The position numbers were made by a program, and so were the translations under genes. From Pristiophorus japonicus (lineage: Eukaryota), in NCBI RefSeq assembly GCF_044704955.1, contig NC_091977.1:307458001-307522000 (forward strand): 64,000 bases of DNA, read 5' to 3'. Below the pieces are notes generated by a model. It saw only the letters and a program-made list of their open reading frames with translations, did no database searches and was not told the DNA's origin. Position 1 is the stretch's first letter; each line of letters begins with the position of its first letter. Positions 50,953-63,040 of the stretch are shown here, in pieces.

Positions 50953-52398
50953 GATTTGCTGCCTAACTAGCATTGCCCCATTGAAATCTCTTACTGATCT
51001 TGAAAACAAAGGGTTAACTCGTAGCACTAACACAGCTTTCTGCACGCAACCGTGGCAGTCACTGACAACTGCGATCTAAGATTCTCCAGCCTTCCTTTAA
51101 ATATGGTACCTGTTGCACCCTAGGACCGCGTGTTTCACCTGGGGCGTTAGCATAGCCTTGCACGATGATTAACGTCATCCCGTAGATCAAAACGGAGGGC
51201 GGGGTGATAAGATTTTGTCCGCCGCAAAACTATTGACGAAACTTCCGGCCGATCCCAAAATCCTGGATGCCCCGTTTGAAGCCCAGGAGCATCTTTTTGT
51301 GCCCCACCAAGGCGCGAAACAGGGCGCAAATTAGCGGTAAATCCAGCCCAATGTTTGTAATAATTAGCAAATTTCATTGCCATTTGCTTCGACCATCCTC
51401 AAAATATCAGCATTCAAACTTAGAATAGCTATAAATCTGCCTAATGAAACAATCTTCATACATTTACTAAGCATTACTATTATTTGACATATGAACCTTA
51501 ATGGGAATTTTTGAATTTCTCGCAGGATATACTATTTATTGATGCCTGTTAGTATATAAAGGCTATGAATTAAGAAGTGAGATACATTACTTAATTATCT
51601 ACTTTGAATGAAAGCATCTCCATATATCATATCACACACCTGTGCAATTGACCCATTGCCTGCTCCTTTTGGCCTGAAAATAATTAATTGTTTGGTTGAA
51701 AAGTTAAGATGCAATGTTGATGTACATTTGTTCATGGTCATTTGCTTCTCTAGGAAGTGACCAACAATTTCTGAAAGGTGCTTTTTTTATGTGGCATGGG
51801 AGGAAGAGATGCAGGGCTCATGCTAACACCATGAGGGCAGGGGAATTGTGTGAATCGAATAGGCAGAGAGCCCCTATTGAAAAATAGGTCTTTGCGGGCC
51901 AGGTAAGGTTGGCCCCGGATAAATGAAAGGGTTATTTTGGGTTCCCTCTCCTGAAAAACAGTATCAAGCAGATGCTTGGCCACTGGAGTGTTGCTCAGTC
52001 ACATTATGGTGAGGCCCCCAAATTATATATTTTCTGGTGCCTTAATGATTTTTATGCATAGTTTGTCTGGAGACTCCCAGCACTTCAGTTGCTAGCTGGC
52101 TGTATTAGGTGCCGAGCACACCCTAAATCTCCATGCCCAGTAATACAAGGTGCCTGTCCCTGTATGAGGATAGTTTCTTTTAAAGAGTGAAAATACCCTA
52201 CACATTAGGCAGTCTGTTACACGCTGTTATGGGTACTGGAACATGTGGGTTTGAACAATAATTAACAATCGGGACAACATGACCTCTGCTTATGGCACAC
52301 TTGGCTGTTGTGATATTTGTGTATCAAGACCACTTTGGGGAAACAAATTTTTTTCACATTTTCTTACTTGGTACCTGTCTATATTCATTTATTTCCAG

Positions 52399-52560
52399 CG
52401 AATATTGAGGCACGAACTTTTGACGAACTGCAGACCCCATTCCATTTTGCAGCTAAGTATGATGCAATAAATGCTCTTCAGTACTTGCACGACAATGGTG
52501 TGAATATTCATGCTGTGGATTACAAGAAAAGAACTCCATTGTATCTGGCAGCACTTTATG
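52399..52560 (+). CDS. Coding exon, ankyrin repeats (ANIEARTFDELQTPFHFAAKYDAINALQYLHDNGVNIHAVDYKKRTPLYLAALY)
   Basis: ttcatttatttccag acceptor, G|gtaatt donor, 162 nt, phase 1 to 1; two TP.H/TPL ankyrin motifs; lies within ORF 52317-52580. Confidence 0.93.
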
Positions 52561-53028
52561 GTAATTTTCAAGATGAGTAAAACTGAATAATGATTAGTCA
52601 ATGCAATACATCGGTGTGCCAAGGTTGTTCTACATGGAGTGATGAGATGTATATTTGTGCTTACGGTTATTAGATAAGATGCTTCTTTGGAGGGAAAATT
52701 GGAGGATGAGTCAAACATGCCTTGCATCAACCACTTAGAGTTAAAATGGAATAAAAACATAAAATGCTGGAAATACTCAGCAGATCAGGCAGCATCTACG
52801 GAGAGAGAAACAATTAACATAAAGTCGATGAACTTTCATCAAAACTGGAAAATAATGCAAAGGCCTGGCTACATGTATATTTCAGCTCTACTGACTATTG
52901 CAGTAAACAACATTTAAAGTGCCCAGCCAGATCTCAAAGATAGATATTAAAAATATAGCAACTTTTTAGTAATGATTTTGAATATGACTAATCTCCCTAT
53001 TTGTCACAGTAGATTTCTGTGAGCTTTT

Positions 53029-54043
53029 ATCATAGAATCATAAAATGGTTACATTAGAAGGAAGCCATTCGGCCCGTCGAGCCCATGCCGGCTCTCTGCA
53101 AGAGCACTTCAGCTAGTCCCACTCCCCCACCATTTCCCTGTAGCTCTACAAATATTTTTCCTTCAGGTACTTATCCAATTGCCTTTTGAAAGCCACGGTT
53201 GAATCTGCCTCCACCACCCTCTCAGGCATTGCATTCCAGATCCTAACCACTCGCGTAAAAAAGTTTTTCCTCATGTTATCTTTGTTTTTTTTGCCAGTAA
53301 CCTTAAATCTGTGTTGTCTGGCTCTCAACCCTTCTGCCAATGGGAACAGTTTCTCTCTATCTGCTCTGGCTAGTCACCTTGTGACTTTGAGCACCTCTGC
53401 CAAATCTCCTCTCAACCTTCTCTGCTCTAAGGAGAACAATCCTAGTTTCTCCTGTCCATCCGCATAACTGAAGTCCCTCATCCCTGGAACCATTCTCGTA
53501 AATCTTTTCCGCATCCTCGCTAAGGCCATCACATCCTTCCTAAACTGCGGTGCCCAGAATTGGATACAATACTCCAGTTGAGGCCAAACCCGTGTTTTAT
53601 AAAGGTTCATCATAACTTCCGTGTTTTTATATTCTATGCCTCTGATTATGAAGCCCAGGATTTTGTATGCTTTCTTAACTGCTTTCTCAATCTGCCCCGC
53701 CACCTTCAACGATTTGTGCACATATACCACAAGGTCTCTGTGTTCATGCACCTCTTTTAGAATTGTACCCTTTAGTTTATATTGCCGCGCCTCATTCTTC
53801 CTACCAAAATATATCACTTCTCACATTTCTGCGTAAATTTCATCTGCCATGTGTGCACCCTTTCCACCAGCCTGTCTATGTCTTCTTGAAGTCTATCACT
53901 ATCCTCCTCACTGTTCACTATACTTTCAAGTTTTGTGTCATCTGCAAATTTTGAAATTGTGCCTTGTACACCCAAGTCCAAGTCATTGATATAAATTAAG
54001 AAAAATAGTGGTCCTAGTACCGACCCCTGGGGAACACCACTGT
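53029..54043 (-). mobile_element. CR1 3' fragment
   Basis: SGVPQGSVLGP, FADDTK, C-terminus and tail. Confidence 0.9.
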
Positions 54044-54324
54044 TGAGGATGGGGGAGCGGAATCTGAGGGGGATATTAAAATCGATCAATTTGCTTTACC
54101 ACCCCTTTCCTCCTGTAATTGTGCTGGTTACCATTTTAACTGCTCACTTCAATTAGGAGCAAGTGGGTGCCTCAAGAAAATATGCAAATTAGATTCTTGT
54201 GATGTAATTTGAACTCAGCTAAGGGCACTCAGATCATAGAGATCTATGTACGATTGTGCGTAGTGAATTCCAATAGGTTGCTGAGCTTGGAGATTGTTCC
54301 TGTCTATTATTGCTTTACTCACCC

Positions 54325-54595
54325 TAGGCCATTCAGGAGCAAAATCAGGTTGCACTTTTTCACACAAAGCATGGTTGAAATTTGGAATTCTCCCCCCAAA
54401 AAAGATTGTCGATGGTGGAATGATTGGAGCTTTCAAGACTACGACAGATAGGTTTTTGTTGGGTACGGGTATCAAGGGATATGGAGCAAAGGCGAGAGTT
54501 GAGCTGGAGATCAGCCATGATCTAATATGAATGACAGAGCAGGCCCGAGGGGCTGAATGTCCAAATTCTGTTTCTTATGTACCTATGGTTCTATG
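54325..54595 (+). mobile_element. CR1 extreme 3' fragment
   Basis: RPFRSKIRLHFFTQSMVEIWNS plus 3' UTR. Confidence 0.75.
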
Positions 54596-54782
54596 TACAC
54601 CTCCCAAGTATTTGCATACTGCGTGGAAGTATATGTACCACGACCTTCCCTAATATGTATCCTGTCAATGGTGATAAAATATTTTTTTTAATTGAATAAG
54701 AGGCCCTTTCATCTATCAAGCACAGAACATGTAGAATCTATCCCATCATGGACTACTCCATCTATTTGATCTCCTGAAGAAG

Positions 54783-54943
54783 GGAGCCCTGAATTTCCAC
54801 AGGGTTTTTCCAGCCTGCCATAACTTCAGTGGAAGATTGGTAAAACTTCTGAAGAAACAGCGTAGACAATTGTTTTCAACTGTTTCACCATTTTTCTGGG
54901 GATCTGCTAATGTTGAAACAACCTCCAGAGGAAACTCAGGCCC
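54783..54943. mobile_element. Small Harbinger-type MITE
   Basis: GCCCTGAATTTCC and GGAAACTCAGGCCC ends; apparent TSD AAG. Confidence 0.55.
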
Positions 54944-54999
54944 AAGTTATGCAAAAGTATTCTCTCATTTTAAAGGCAATTGAAACAAAACTCCAGAAT

Positions 55000-56557
55000 A
55001 TTGATCGACCAAACTTTGCTGAAAAAATGAGGGCGTGTGAATGACGCACACCATCATTAATGCGCAAATCGGCCAACAACTTGTAGAGAGGAAGAGATAT
55101 CTTGTGAATTGGCACAAGTTGCTAGATGACTTGTGTCACTCTGCCGTGTGATTCGCAAAAACAGCATCTCATGCTTAACCTCCTCATAATTTTCATGAAG
55201 TTGCTGTATTTGCACATTAATTGCCCATTAAACTTGCCACAGGAAGTTAAGTCTAGTAACTAACAGTGTAAGTACCCTTTTAACAATGTGATTATTGTTC
55301 GTGACCGCCAATCAATTTCTCTTGCCCAGAATTTAAACATGCTGGTCTCATTACTTCAGATTGTGAATTGTTGTTGGAAATTTAAAACATTTTACTTTTT
55401 TCTTTTCCTTTCTGTCTCTTTTTTTTCTCTCTCAATCCAATCTTTCTTTATCTCTTTTTTTCTTTCTGTTTTAAGAAAAAAATTGAGTCCCTTAGGTCTG
55501 TCTGTTCAAAGATTTGAAGCTGATTCCGTGTTACCCGTAATAACTGACCTTTGGGTCATAGGCATGGCTCATTTCTCATTCCTTCTCCTCACATACAGGT
55601 GTATACCTGCCCAGATCAGTTCCCTTCCTGACCCTTCTACACTGAGAATGACCCAAATCCACTAGGATATACCCCAAGAGCCGGAACTACAGAAAGATCT
55701 ATCCGATCCTGTATCTTTCCAACCCCACATTCTACCCAATCAGGAGCCCGGCAAGGTCTATGGCCAGCACAGGCCTTGGGTCTCCCTTATCTGAGCGTTA
55801 GCTCAAGCTTTTTCTGTTTCCATGGTGATGATATAACCCAGGACCTTGATGACGATGGGTTTTAATTAGAATCTGGTTTTTAACATGCTTTAACTTAATT
55901 CTAACAGGAATAAGACCAATTAATAAAACTATACTAACTTACTATAAACTATAAACTGGCAATCTTAGTATTAAAATACAGTCTAGCAAAGCTGAATACT
56001 GAAAATTAGTTAAAAGGAATTTATGCTTTGGTGACATACTTTCCCATATACAAGAACCAGATATGAGATAAGACTGAGACAGCTTGAAGCCGCTCTAGTT
56101 CTTTTCCCTAGCCTTTCTAGCAAAAACAAGGGCGATTCAGCTATAAACAAGGCCATCCATGATGTAACCAGCACCTGCTGTCTGAAAGCTGTGGATTCTG
56201 CAGAAGAGCAGTTCTAACAAAACTGGTGCCATTTAACTCTTGCAATGTTTAATCCCTCTAACCCTCAAAAGCCCATTTTCTTACACTGTACCTGTATTGA
56301 CATTAATTCGCCCAGTCTAATTAACTCTCCTTTTTAGTCCTTTTTCTGTTTATTTCTCAGTCCTTTAATCTCATTCATTACACTGTTTGTCCTGTTGTTC
56401 ACCAAGATCTCAGATGCCCTGTTGCCTTTGTTGCGCCTTTATCGGATTGTACTTCCAGCAACTTTGTGGGCAATTTTTTTTTAAACCTAAACATACACGA
56501 ACAAGTCTACCTAACAGGGTACATTGCACGATGTTCTGCTCAAGCAAAATCTGGCCC
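55000..56557. mobile_element. Old non-autonomous TIR element split by a solo LTR
   Basis: Right end GCAAAATCTGGCCC followed by aat, with a degenerate left match (aactttgctgaaaaaat); similar right end near 37025. Confidence 0.45.
55470..56285. mobile_element. Solo LTR, 816 bp
   Basis: TTTAAGAAAA (TG mutated to TT)...TTTTCTTACA termini; 4-bp TSD CTGT. Confidence 0.7.
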
Positions 56558-57082
56558 AATATATCTCTATTATTAAGCCCTGACCTGCTTTCTCCTCAGA
56601 TAGCTCTTTTTCCTTCCCTCCTCAGCTCCAGCAACACAGCAGCCATATGTCTACAGAATATTTGATATATGTCTTTATATATCCTTAATCTTCAACCCTA
56701 TTGCAAAATAGATTTTTTCATCTTTGCTGAAAGAGTTGATCAACATTGACTGCCTTTGCCAGGAAGCTGTTTCAGGGATCTAATATCTGTGAGAAGAAAA
56801 ATAAATTGGTAGATTTTCTGTCCTTTACTGTTCCTGCATGGATGCTTAATACACTCGTATAAAATTCTTTATATCTTTTTTAACACATTTGTATGGAATG
56901 GTGAGGAATCAAGAACAAGGGAACATACTCTTAAAATTAGAGCTAGGCCATTCAGGAGTGAAATCAGGAAACACTTTTCACATCTACAGTTGGAAAATCT
57001 ATCCTCTAATCTCTAGTTTTACTTGTTAATTTTATAGTCTGAATCAGCCCTTTAATTTCTAGTTTTGGTTGTTAATTTTATA

Positions 57083-57546
57083 GAAAGAAAGACTTGGCTT
57101 TATATAGCGCCTTTCATGACCAATGGACGTCTCAAAGTACTTTACAGCCAATTAAGTACTTTTGGAGTGTAGTCACTGTTGTAATGTGGAAAATGCCACA
57201 ATTGTGCACAAGCAAGCTCCCACAAACAGCAATGTGATAATGACCAGATAATCTTTTTGTTTTGTTGATTGAGCGATAAATATTGGCCAGAACACCGGGG
57301 ATAACTCCCCTGCTTGTCTTCAAAATAGTGCCACGGGATCTTTTACGTCCACTTGAGAGAGCAGACTGGGCCTCGGTTTAACGTCTCATCTGAAAGACGG
57401 CACCTTCGACAGTGCAGCACTCCCTCAGCATTGCACTGGAGTATCAGTAGAGATTTCTTTTGTGCTCAAGTCCCTGGTGTGGGACTTGAACCCACAACCT
57501 TCTGACTCAGAGGCGAGAGTGCTACCCACTGAGCGACAGCTGACAC
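57083..57546 (-). mobile_element. Full-length tRNA-derived SINE (DeuSINE/SacSINE1-like)
   Basis: A-box and B-box (GGTTCAAGTCC) head, central conserved domain, L2-like 3' tail and (ttct)n end; inserted in an AT-rich tandem repeat of about 45 bp. Confidence 0.88.
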
Positions 57547-57954
57547 TGAATCGCCTCTTTAATCTCCAGTCTTGCTTGTTAATTTTATAGCCTGAATCAA
57601 CATTTTGATCTTTTTGTACTTCACTGCTTTCTTTGAGTAAAACAAAGTGAAGAGGTCACTAGGAAGCTCACTTTAGAGCAGGAAAGGGAATGTCCACAAA
57701 GATAATGTGACTTCAGGACATCACAGATAGCAAAATATTTCAAATATTATTTACCATGGTGATTTGGATTTGTGGTGATGTTATGGGAGGATACTTTGAT
57801 TTAAAAATTACTCTCACAATTACTTATCGGGTAATTCTGTCAAACACATTGGTGAGCAAAATACATTTATCAACATTGTACAATGACTAATGCTTCAGAA
57901 GACGAGTTCCTTTTCATCATGGAGTTGTCATAACGAAACATTTCTTTTTTTTAG

Positions 57955-58064
57955 GTCGAAATGATGCAACAATGTTACTCTTGCAGTTTGGTTGCTATGC
58001 TGGTGCTACAGATACTCATGATCAAAGTTGCTTGAATATAATCTTGCTCAAAATGCCTCATGTG
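57955..58064 (+). CDS. Coding exon, last ankyrin plus TRPA-type linker start (GRNDATMLLLQFGCYAGATDTHDQSCLNIILLKMPHV)
   Basis: tttctttttttttag-type acceptor, GTG|gtgaga donor, 110 nt, phase 1 to 0, open. Confidence 0.88.
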
Positions 58065-58202
58065 GTGAGATGTTAAAACAATTTCGATTAGCTGAAAAAG
58101 TTTTTGACTTCATGGAAAGATGCTTAATGTTGACTTTTAGCATTTTGCAGATATGTAAAAACAATTTAAAAGAATCCTTGTGATTTAAGTGGTCACTTCT
58201 AG

Positions 58203-58714
58203 CAGGGGCGGATTAACCATGGAGCGGATGGGGCTACAATCCCAGGCCCACCAAAGAACATAGGCCCACCAAATATATATAGGAAAAAGAATATAATACC
58301 TCCCAAATAGGCTGAATAGAATAGACAATAAGAGAGGAAAAACAAGACTGAGGAAGATAGATTCACTTGTTTATACCTATATACAGAAGTACCTATATAC
58401 ACTAATATATGCAGAACAGAATATGTACTAGCCTGTTTTATTTCACATGTTATTGAGAGAAATTTGCATATATGTATAGGAATCTAGTATAGCAATGTTA
58501 CCAGAACCAGAATATATACCTACTTGATACAGAATATATGCTTTCATTGTTGAATATACTGGCCTATGTTTTCATACTCAGAATCAGAATCATATACATA
58601 ATGTAATGAACATGAACAAACTTATCTGTAGGCCCTTTGTTCTGATGAAGGGTCAATTATAGGCCCATTTTGATCAGTTTGTCCCAGGCCCATCAGGTCC
58701 TTAATCCGGCCCTG
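58203..58714. mobile_element. hAT-family MITE, 512 bp
   Basis: TIR CAGGGGCGGATTAA and TTAATCCGGCCCTG; 8-bp TSD ACTTCTAG/ACTACTAG (one mismatch). Confidence 0.85.
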
Positions 58715-59627
58715 ACTACTAGAAGATGTTTGATTGCCTTTTTGTAAGACTTGTGAGACAAAGTTCCTCTGTCACTCCTATTTGTAATGAGAATTGAACA
58801 TCTGGTAGTGACTCATCATTATTATTAACAATTTTTGGTCCCATTGACGGTAGTTCTAATACATTTTCCTGTTCGTCACATGACGCAAGTTACCCATTTT
58901 TCTTTTTGTATCTCTCACATACTGCTGGAGTGAACCACTTCTAGGCCATGAACAACTGGGATTAAATCACATGATGACCTGATGTCTTGACATTCCCATG
59001 TGATCAACGCTACTATCTGGCTTGCCCTAAAGTATCAGTTCATTTTGTTTAGCTGTGGAAAACATTTGCTGATAGTGCACAAGATTTCTTCAGTTAGTGT
59101 TACTCTGCTAAATGCCAGAATCAAATTCTGTTGACTAGTCGACCTTCTGTTCCTTTCAGCTCTCTGGATCCAATGTATTTTCTAGTTTTGACTCCAATGG
59201 TGGCTCTGCTGATTTAGTACTTGCCTAACAGCTGCTGGAACCACCACCCTGCTCCCTAACTCTGAATATGGACCGCTCTCCTTCATTGGTCAGTGGCTGA
59301 TCCAAACTACCCTCCACCCTGTCTACAAGTGCAATTCAACCCACTGCAGCCTGATGGCCCTAAGACCAATTCTGGACACTGTAATATTGGCCCTGATATT
59401 CCTTTAGAGACTGTACTTGTATACAACTGCAGTGGGAGTGCACCAAAAGTGATTGCTGCACCTGTATTTGGTGAGGTGGTTAATTTGCAACATGTGACTG
59501 TGCACCAGGAGTTTACAGTGCATTTGATTGGGCACACACCATTTGGTGGGAGAAATTTAAGATCTAAAGGCCTGCAGCACCTTGAAGGCTGGCTTGGTGA
59601 CTAGAACCTGATACTTTGATTGACTTT

Positions 59628-62600
59628 TATCATGTATTCAACTATCATTGTAACCCATAAGCTGACCTAAGTTGTACACCTTGAGAACACTGACCACAAG
59701 AGGTGAACTTGTGGGAGACTTTCAGGTATAAAAGGGGAAGCTCCACCCACCTTCATCACTTGAGGTCTTGGTAATAAAGGTAACTGGTCACAGAGTGACC
59801 TTCTCTCAAGTATGGGCCTCGTGTGCATTTATATTGTATAGTAAGGACATATCATTGGCGACGAGAAACTGGGATTTAAACCACACGAGCATGGCCACTA
59901 GCAGCACAGAAGAGAGGTACTGTGTTGGTGATGATTGGGACGACTTTATTGAGAGACTACAGCAAAGTTTTGTCTCTAAGGAATGGTTGGGACAGGATTC
60001 AGCCAACAAATGCAGGGCTCATCTCCTGACGGTTTGTGGATCCAGAACGTACTCCCTGATGAAGGACCTTCTAGTGCCAGAGAAGCCGGTGGACAAGACG
60101 TTCGAAGAGCTCAGTAAGTTGATCGGGGAACACCTTAAACCGGCGAGCAGCATGCACATGACGAGACACCGGTTTTACACGCACCGACGGCGAGAAGGGT
60201 AAAGCGTTCCAGACTTCATGGCAGATCTCTGGCGACTGGCGAGCCTATGTAAGTTCCCAGATGCATGTAGAATGGAGATGATGCAAGACTTTTTTATTGA
60301 GGGCGTCGGGCACGCTGGGGTTTTCAGGAAACTGATTGAGACCAAAGACTTGACCTTGGAAGCGGCGGCTCTGATTGCCCAAACATTTATATCGGGAGTA
60401 AGAGACCAGAATGATGTATGACAAAAATCTTGGCTCAAATGCGGCAAACGAGCAGGGAGTCAACATTGTTAACGCGGCACACAGTTCTCCAGGCAGACAA
60501 GGGCAATCGAACATGCTGCAGCATGTAGTCGAACCCAAAGGGGGAATTCCACAGAGACAATGACTAGCTGAATGGCGATTCATGTCATCGCAATGGACAA
60601 TGTGGCCAGTAATGGGGCCATCAAAACCTGTTAATGGTGCGCTTAAGGACAGTTACAGAGACAGAGACAATCGACTGATAATGGAGCTTTTGTTTCCAAC
60701 AACGGGGCCTCCAGCTCATGCTGGAGGTGTGGAGGCAAACACCCAGCCAGAGCTTGCAGGTATCAGCAATATACCTGCAGAAACTGCAACGTCAGCGGTC
60801 ACTTGGCGCGTATGTGCAGGAAGCCTGCAGCCAGGTTGATGTACGAGGAGGACGGGCCCGATGTAAGCCCTACGAGGCCAAATGAATACTGGGGGAAATC
60901 GCTGGAAGCTGCAGTTCAGCGAGTTCATGTGGAGCACATATACTAGGACGCCACCGATAATGATGAAAGTGCTCCTCAATGGCATCCCAGTATCAATGGA
61001 GCTAGACACGGGGGTCAGCCAGTCCCTGATGAGTATCAAACAGTTCGAAAGGTTGTGGGTATACAAGGCCAGGCGGCCAAAATTATTGCCGATTGACGCA
61101 CAGCTACGGACATATACAAAGGAGATCATTCCGGTGCTAGGCAGCGCCACGGTAGTCGTGACCCACAAAAATTCGGAGAACAGGTTGCCACTCTGGATTG
61201 TCCAGGAGGACGGTCCCGCACTACTGGGGAGGAGTTGGCTTGCTGGAAATGGGGTGATGTCAATGCAATTTTTTCTGTGGAGCGAATATCATGCTCACAG
61301 GTCCTGGACAAATTTAACTCATTATGTCAACCCGGCATCGGCACTTTCATGGGGGCCAAGGTAGTGATTCATATAAACCCGGACGCCAGGCCAGTACACC
61401 ACAAGGCCAGAGCGGTGCCGTACGTGATGCGGGAAAAGATAGAATGCGAATTAGACCGCCTGCTGAGGAAAGGCATCATCTCGCCAGTCGAATTCAGTGA
61501 CTGGGCGAGCCCGATCGTGCCGGTGCTCAAGGCGGATGGGTCGGTCAGGATATGTGGTGATTACAAGGCCACCATCAATTGGGTGTCACTCCAAGACCAG
61601 TACCCGTTACCGAGAGTGGAGGACCTCTTTGCGATGCTATCCGGTGGCAAACTTTTTTCAAAATTGGACCTGACCTCAGCTTACATGACCCAGGAGCTGG
61701 CGAGTGAGTCGAAGAAGCTGACCACCATCACGACACACAAGGGGTTGTTTGAGTATAACGGATATCCGTTTTTTGATTCGTTCGGCCGCCGCGATCTTTC
61801 AGTGAAATATGGAAAGCTGTCTCAAGTCGATTCCAAGGACGGTGGTTTTTCAAGACGATATCCTCATCACGGGTCGCGATACTGAAGAACACCTCCACAA
61901 CCTGGAGGAGGTACTACGCAGACTGGACCGGGTAGGGCTGCGACTGAAAAAGATGAAGTGCGTCTTCTTAGCTCCAGAGGTAGAATTCCTGGGGAGGAGG
62001 GTTGCAGCAAATGGGATCAGACCTACTGTGTCCAAAACGGAAGCGATCCAGAGAGCACTCAGACTCCGTAACACGATGGAACTGCGTTTGTTTCTGGGGC
62101 TCCTGAACTATTTTGGTAACTTTCTTTGCAAATTGAGCTCGCTGTTAGAGCCGCTACATGTGCTCCTACTCAAAAGGCGCAATTGGGTCTGCGGGGACAG
62201 CCAGGAAAGAGCATGCAATTTGTTATGCTCCAACAAACTGTTAACGTTATATGACCCGTGTAAGAAACTTGTTTTAACGTGCGTTGCATCGTCCTATGGG
62301 GTCAGGTGTGTGTTGCAGCATGTGAATGCCAATGGTCAGTTATAGCTTGTAGCTTATGCCTCCAGAAGTCTGTCCCAGGCAGAAAGGGGCTACGGGATGG
62401 TAGAAAAGGAAGCGCTAGCATGTGTATATGCAGTAAAAAAAATGCACCAGTACCTGTTTGGCAGAAAATTTGAGCTGGAGACAGATCACAAACACCTAAC
62501 GTCCCTTTTGGCTGACAACAAGGCCATAAATGCGACTGCATCGGCCCGCATACAGAGGTGGGCACTCACGTTAGCCGCCTATGACTACACAATTCGGCAC

Positions 62601-62708
62601 AGACCGGGCACTGAAAACTGCGCCGATGCACTCAGCAGGCTCCCACTAGCCACCACTGAGGGGGCAACTGAGCATGATGCTGAGATTGTCATGGCTGTTG
62701 AAGCTTTG
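59628..62708 (+). mobile_element. Gypsy LTR retrotransposon (Mag-like): 5' LTR 59628-59854, PBS 59856-59865, decayed gag-pol from 59891, interrupted by a CR1
   Basis: LTR with TATAAAA and AATAAA; PBS TGGCGACGAG; double knuckle CWRCGGKHPARAC/CRNCNVSGHLARMC; protease LDTG; RT FQDD; RNase H EKEALA..TDH..ADALSR; stops and frameshifts. Confidence 0.93.
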
Positions 62709-62710
62709 TA

Positions 62711-62858
62711 AGAGGTGTCGCTGAGCCGGGAGCAGCGTGAGTCCATTGGTGAGGCCTAGAAAAGGTCGGGAGGTGCGTGGAGAGGTGTTGCTGAGCCGGG
62801 AGCAGCGTGAGTCCATTGGTGAGACCTATAAAAGGTCGGGAGGTGCGTGGAGAGGTGT
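62711..62858 (+). promoter_or_regulatory. Two-plus 70-bp monomers, each with ATTGG (reverse CCAAT) and a TATA-like box
   Basis: Units start at 62711, 62781 and 62851; CCTAGAAAAGG in the first, CCTATAAAAGG in the second. Confidence 0.7.
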
Positions 62859-63040
62859 GCTTGTGCAGCTACAGGGAGAAGGCAAAAAAGAAGTAGAAAG
62901 AAATAGAAAGGTGATGTCACAGCCAAGGGGGTAAGTGATTGGCTGGTGATTGGTGAGTAGTTTTTGTTTTTTCTCCTCTATAACAGTGAATAAACTTTCG
63001 CATTGTTGTTGCCAATTTAAGTGTATCTAAGGGTTAAGTC

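Larger units (their letters stand above)
47480..51349. mobile_element. PIF/Harbinger DNA transposon (decayed autonomous)
   Basis: TIR GGGCTGGA and TCCAGCCC, TSD AAT; Myb/SANT-like gene on + (AWRDIAEEVS-like, PRTGT*CRR; NRREQLRTGGGPP near 48456); transposase on -. Confidence 0.87.
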
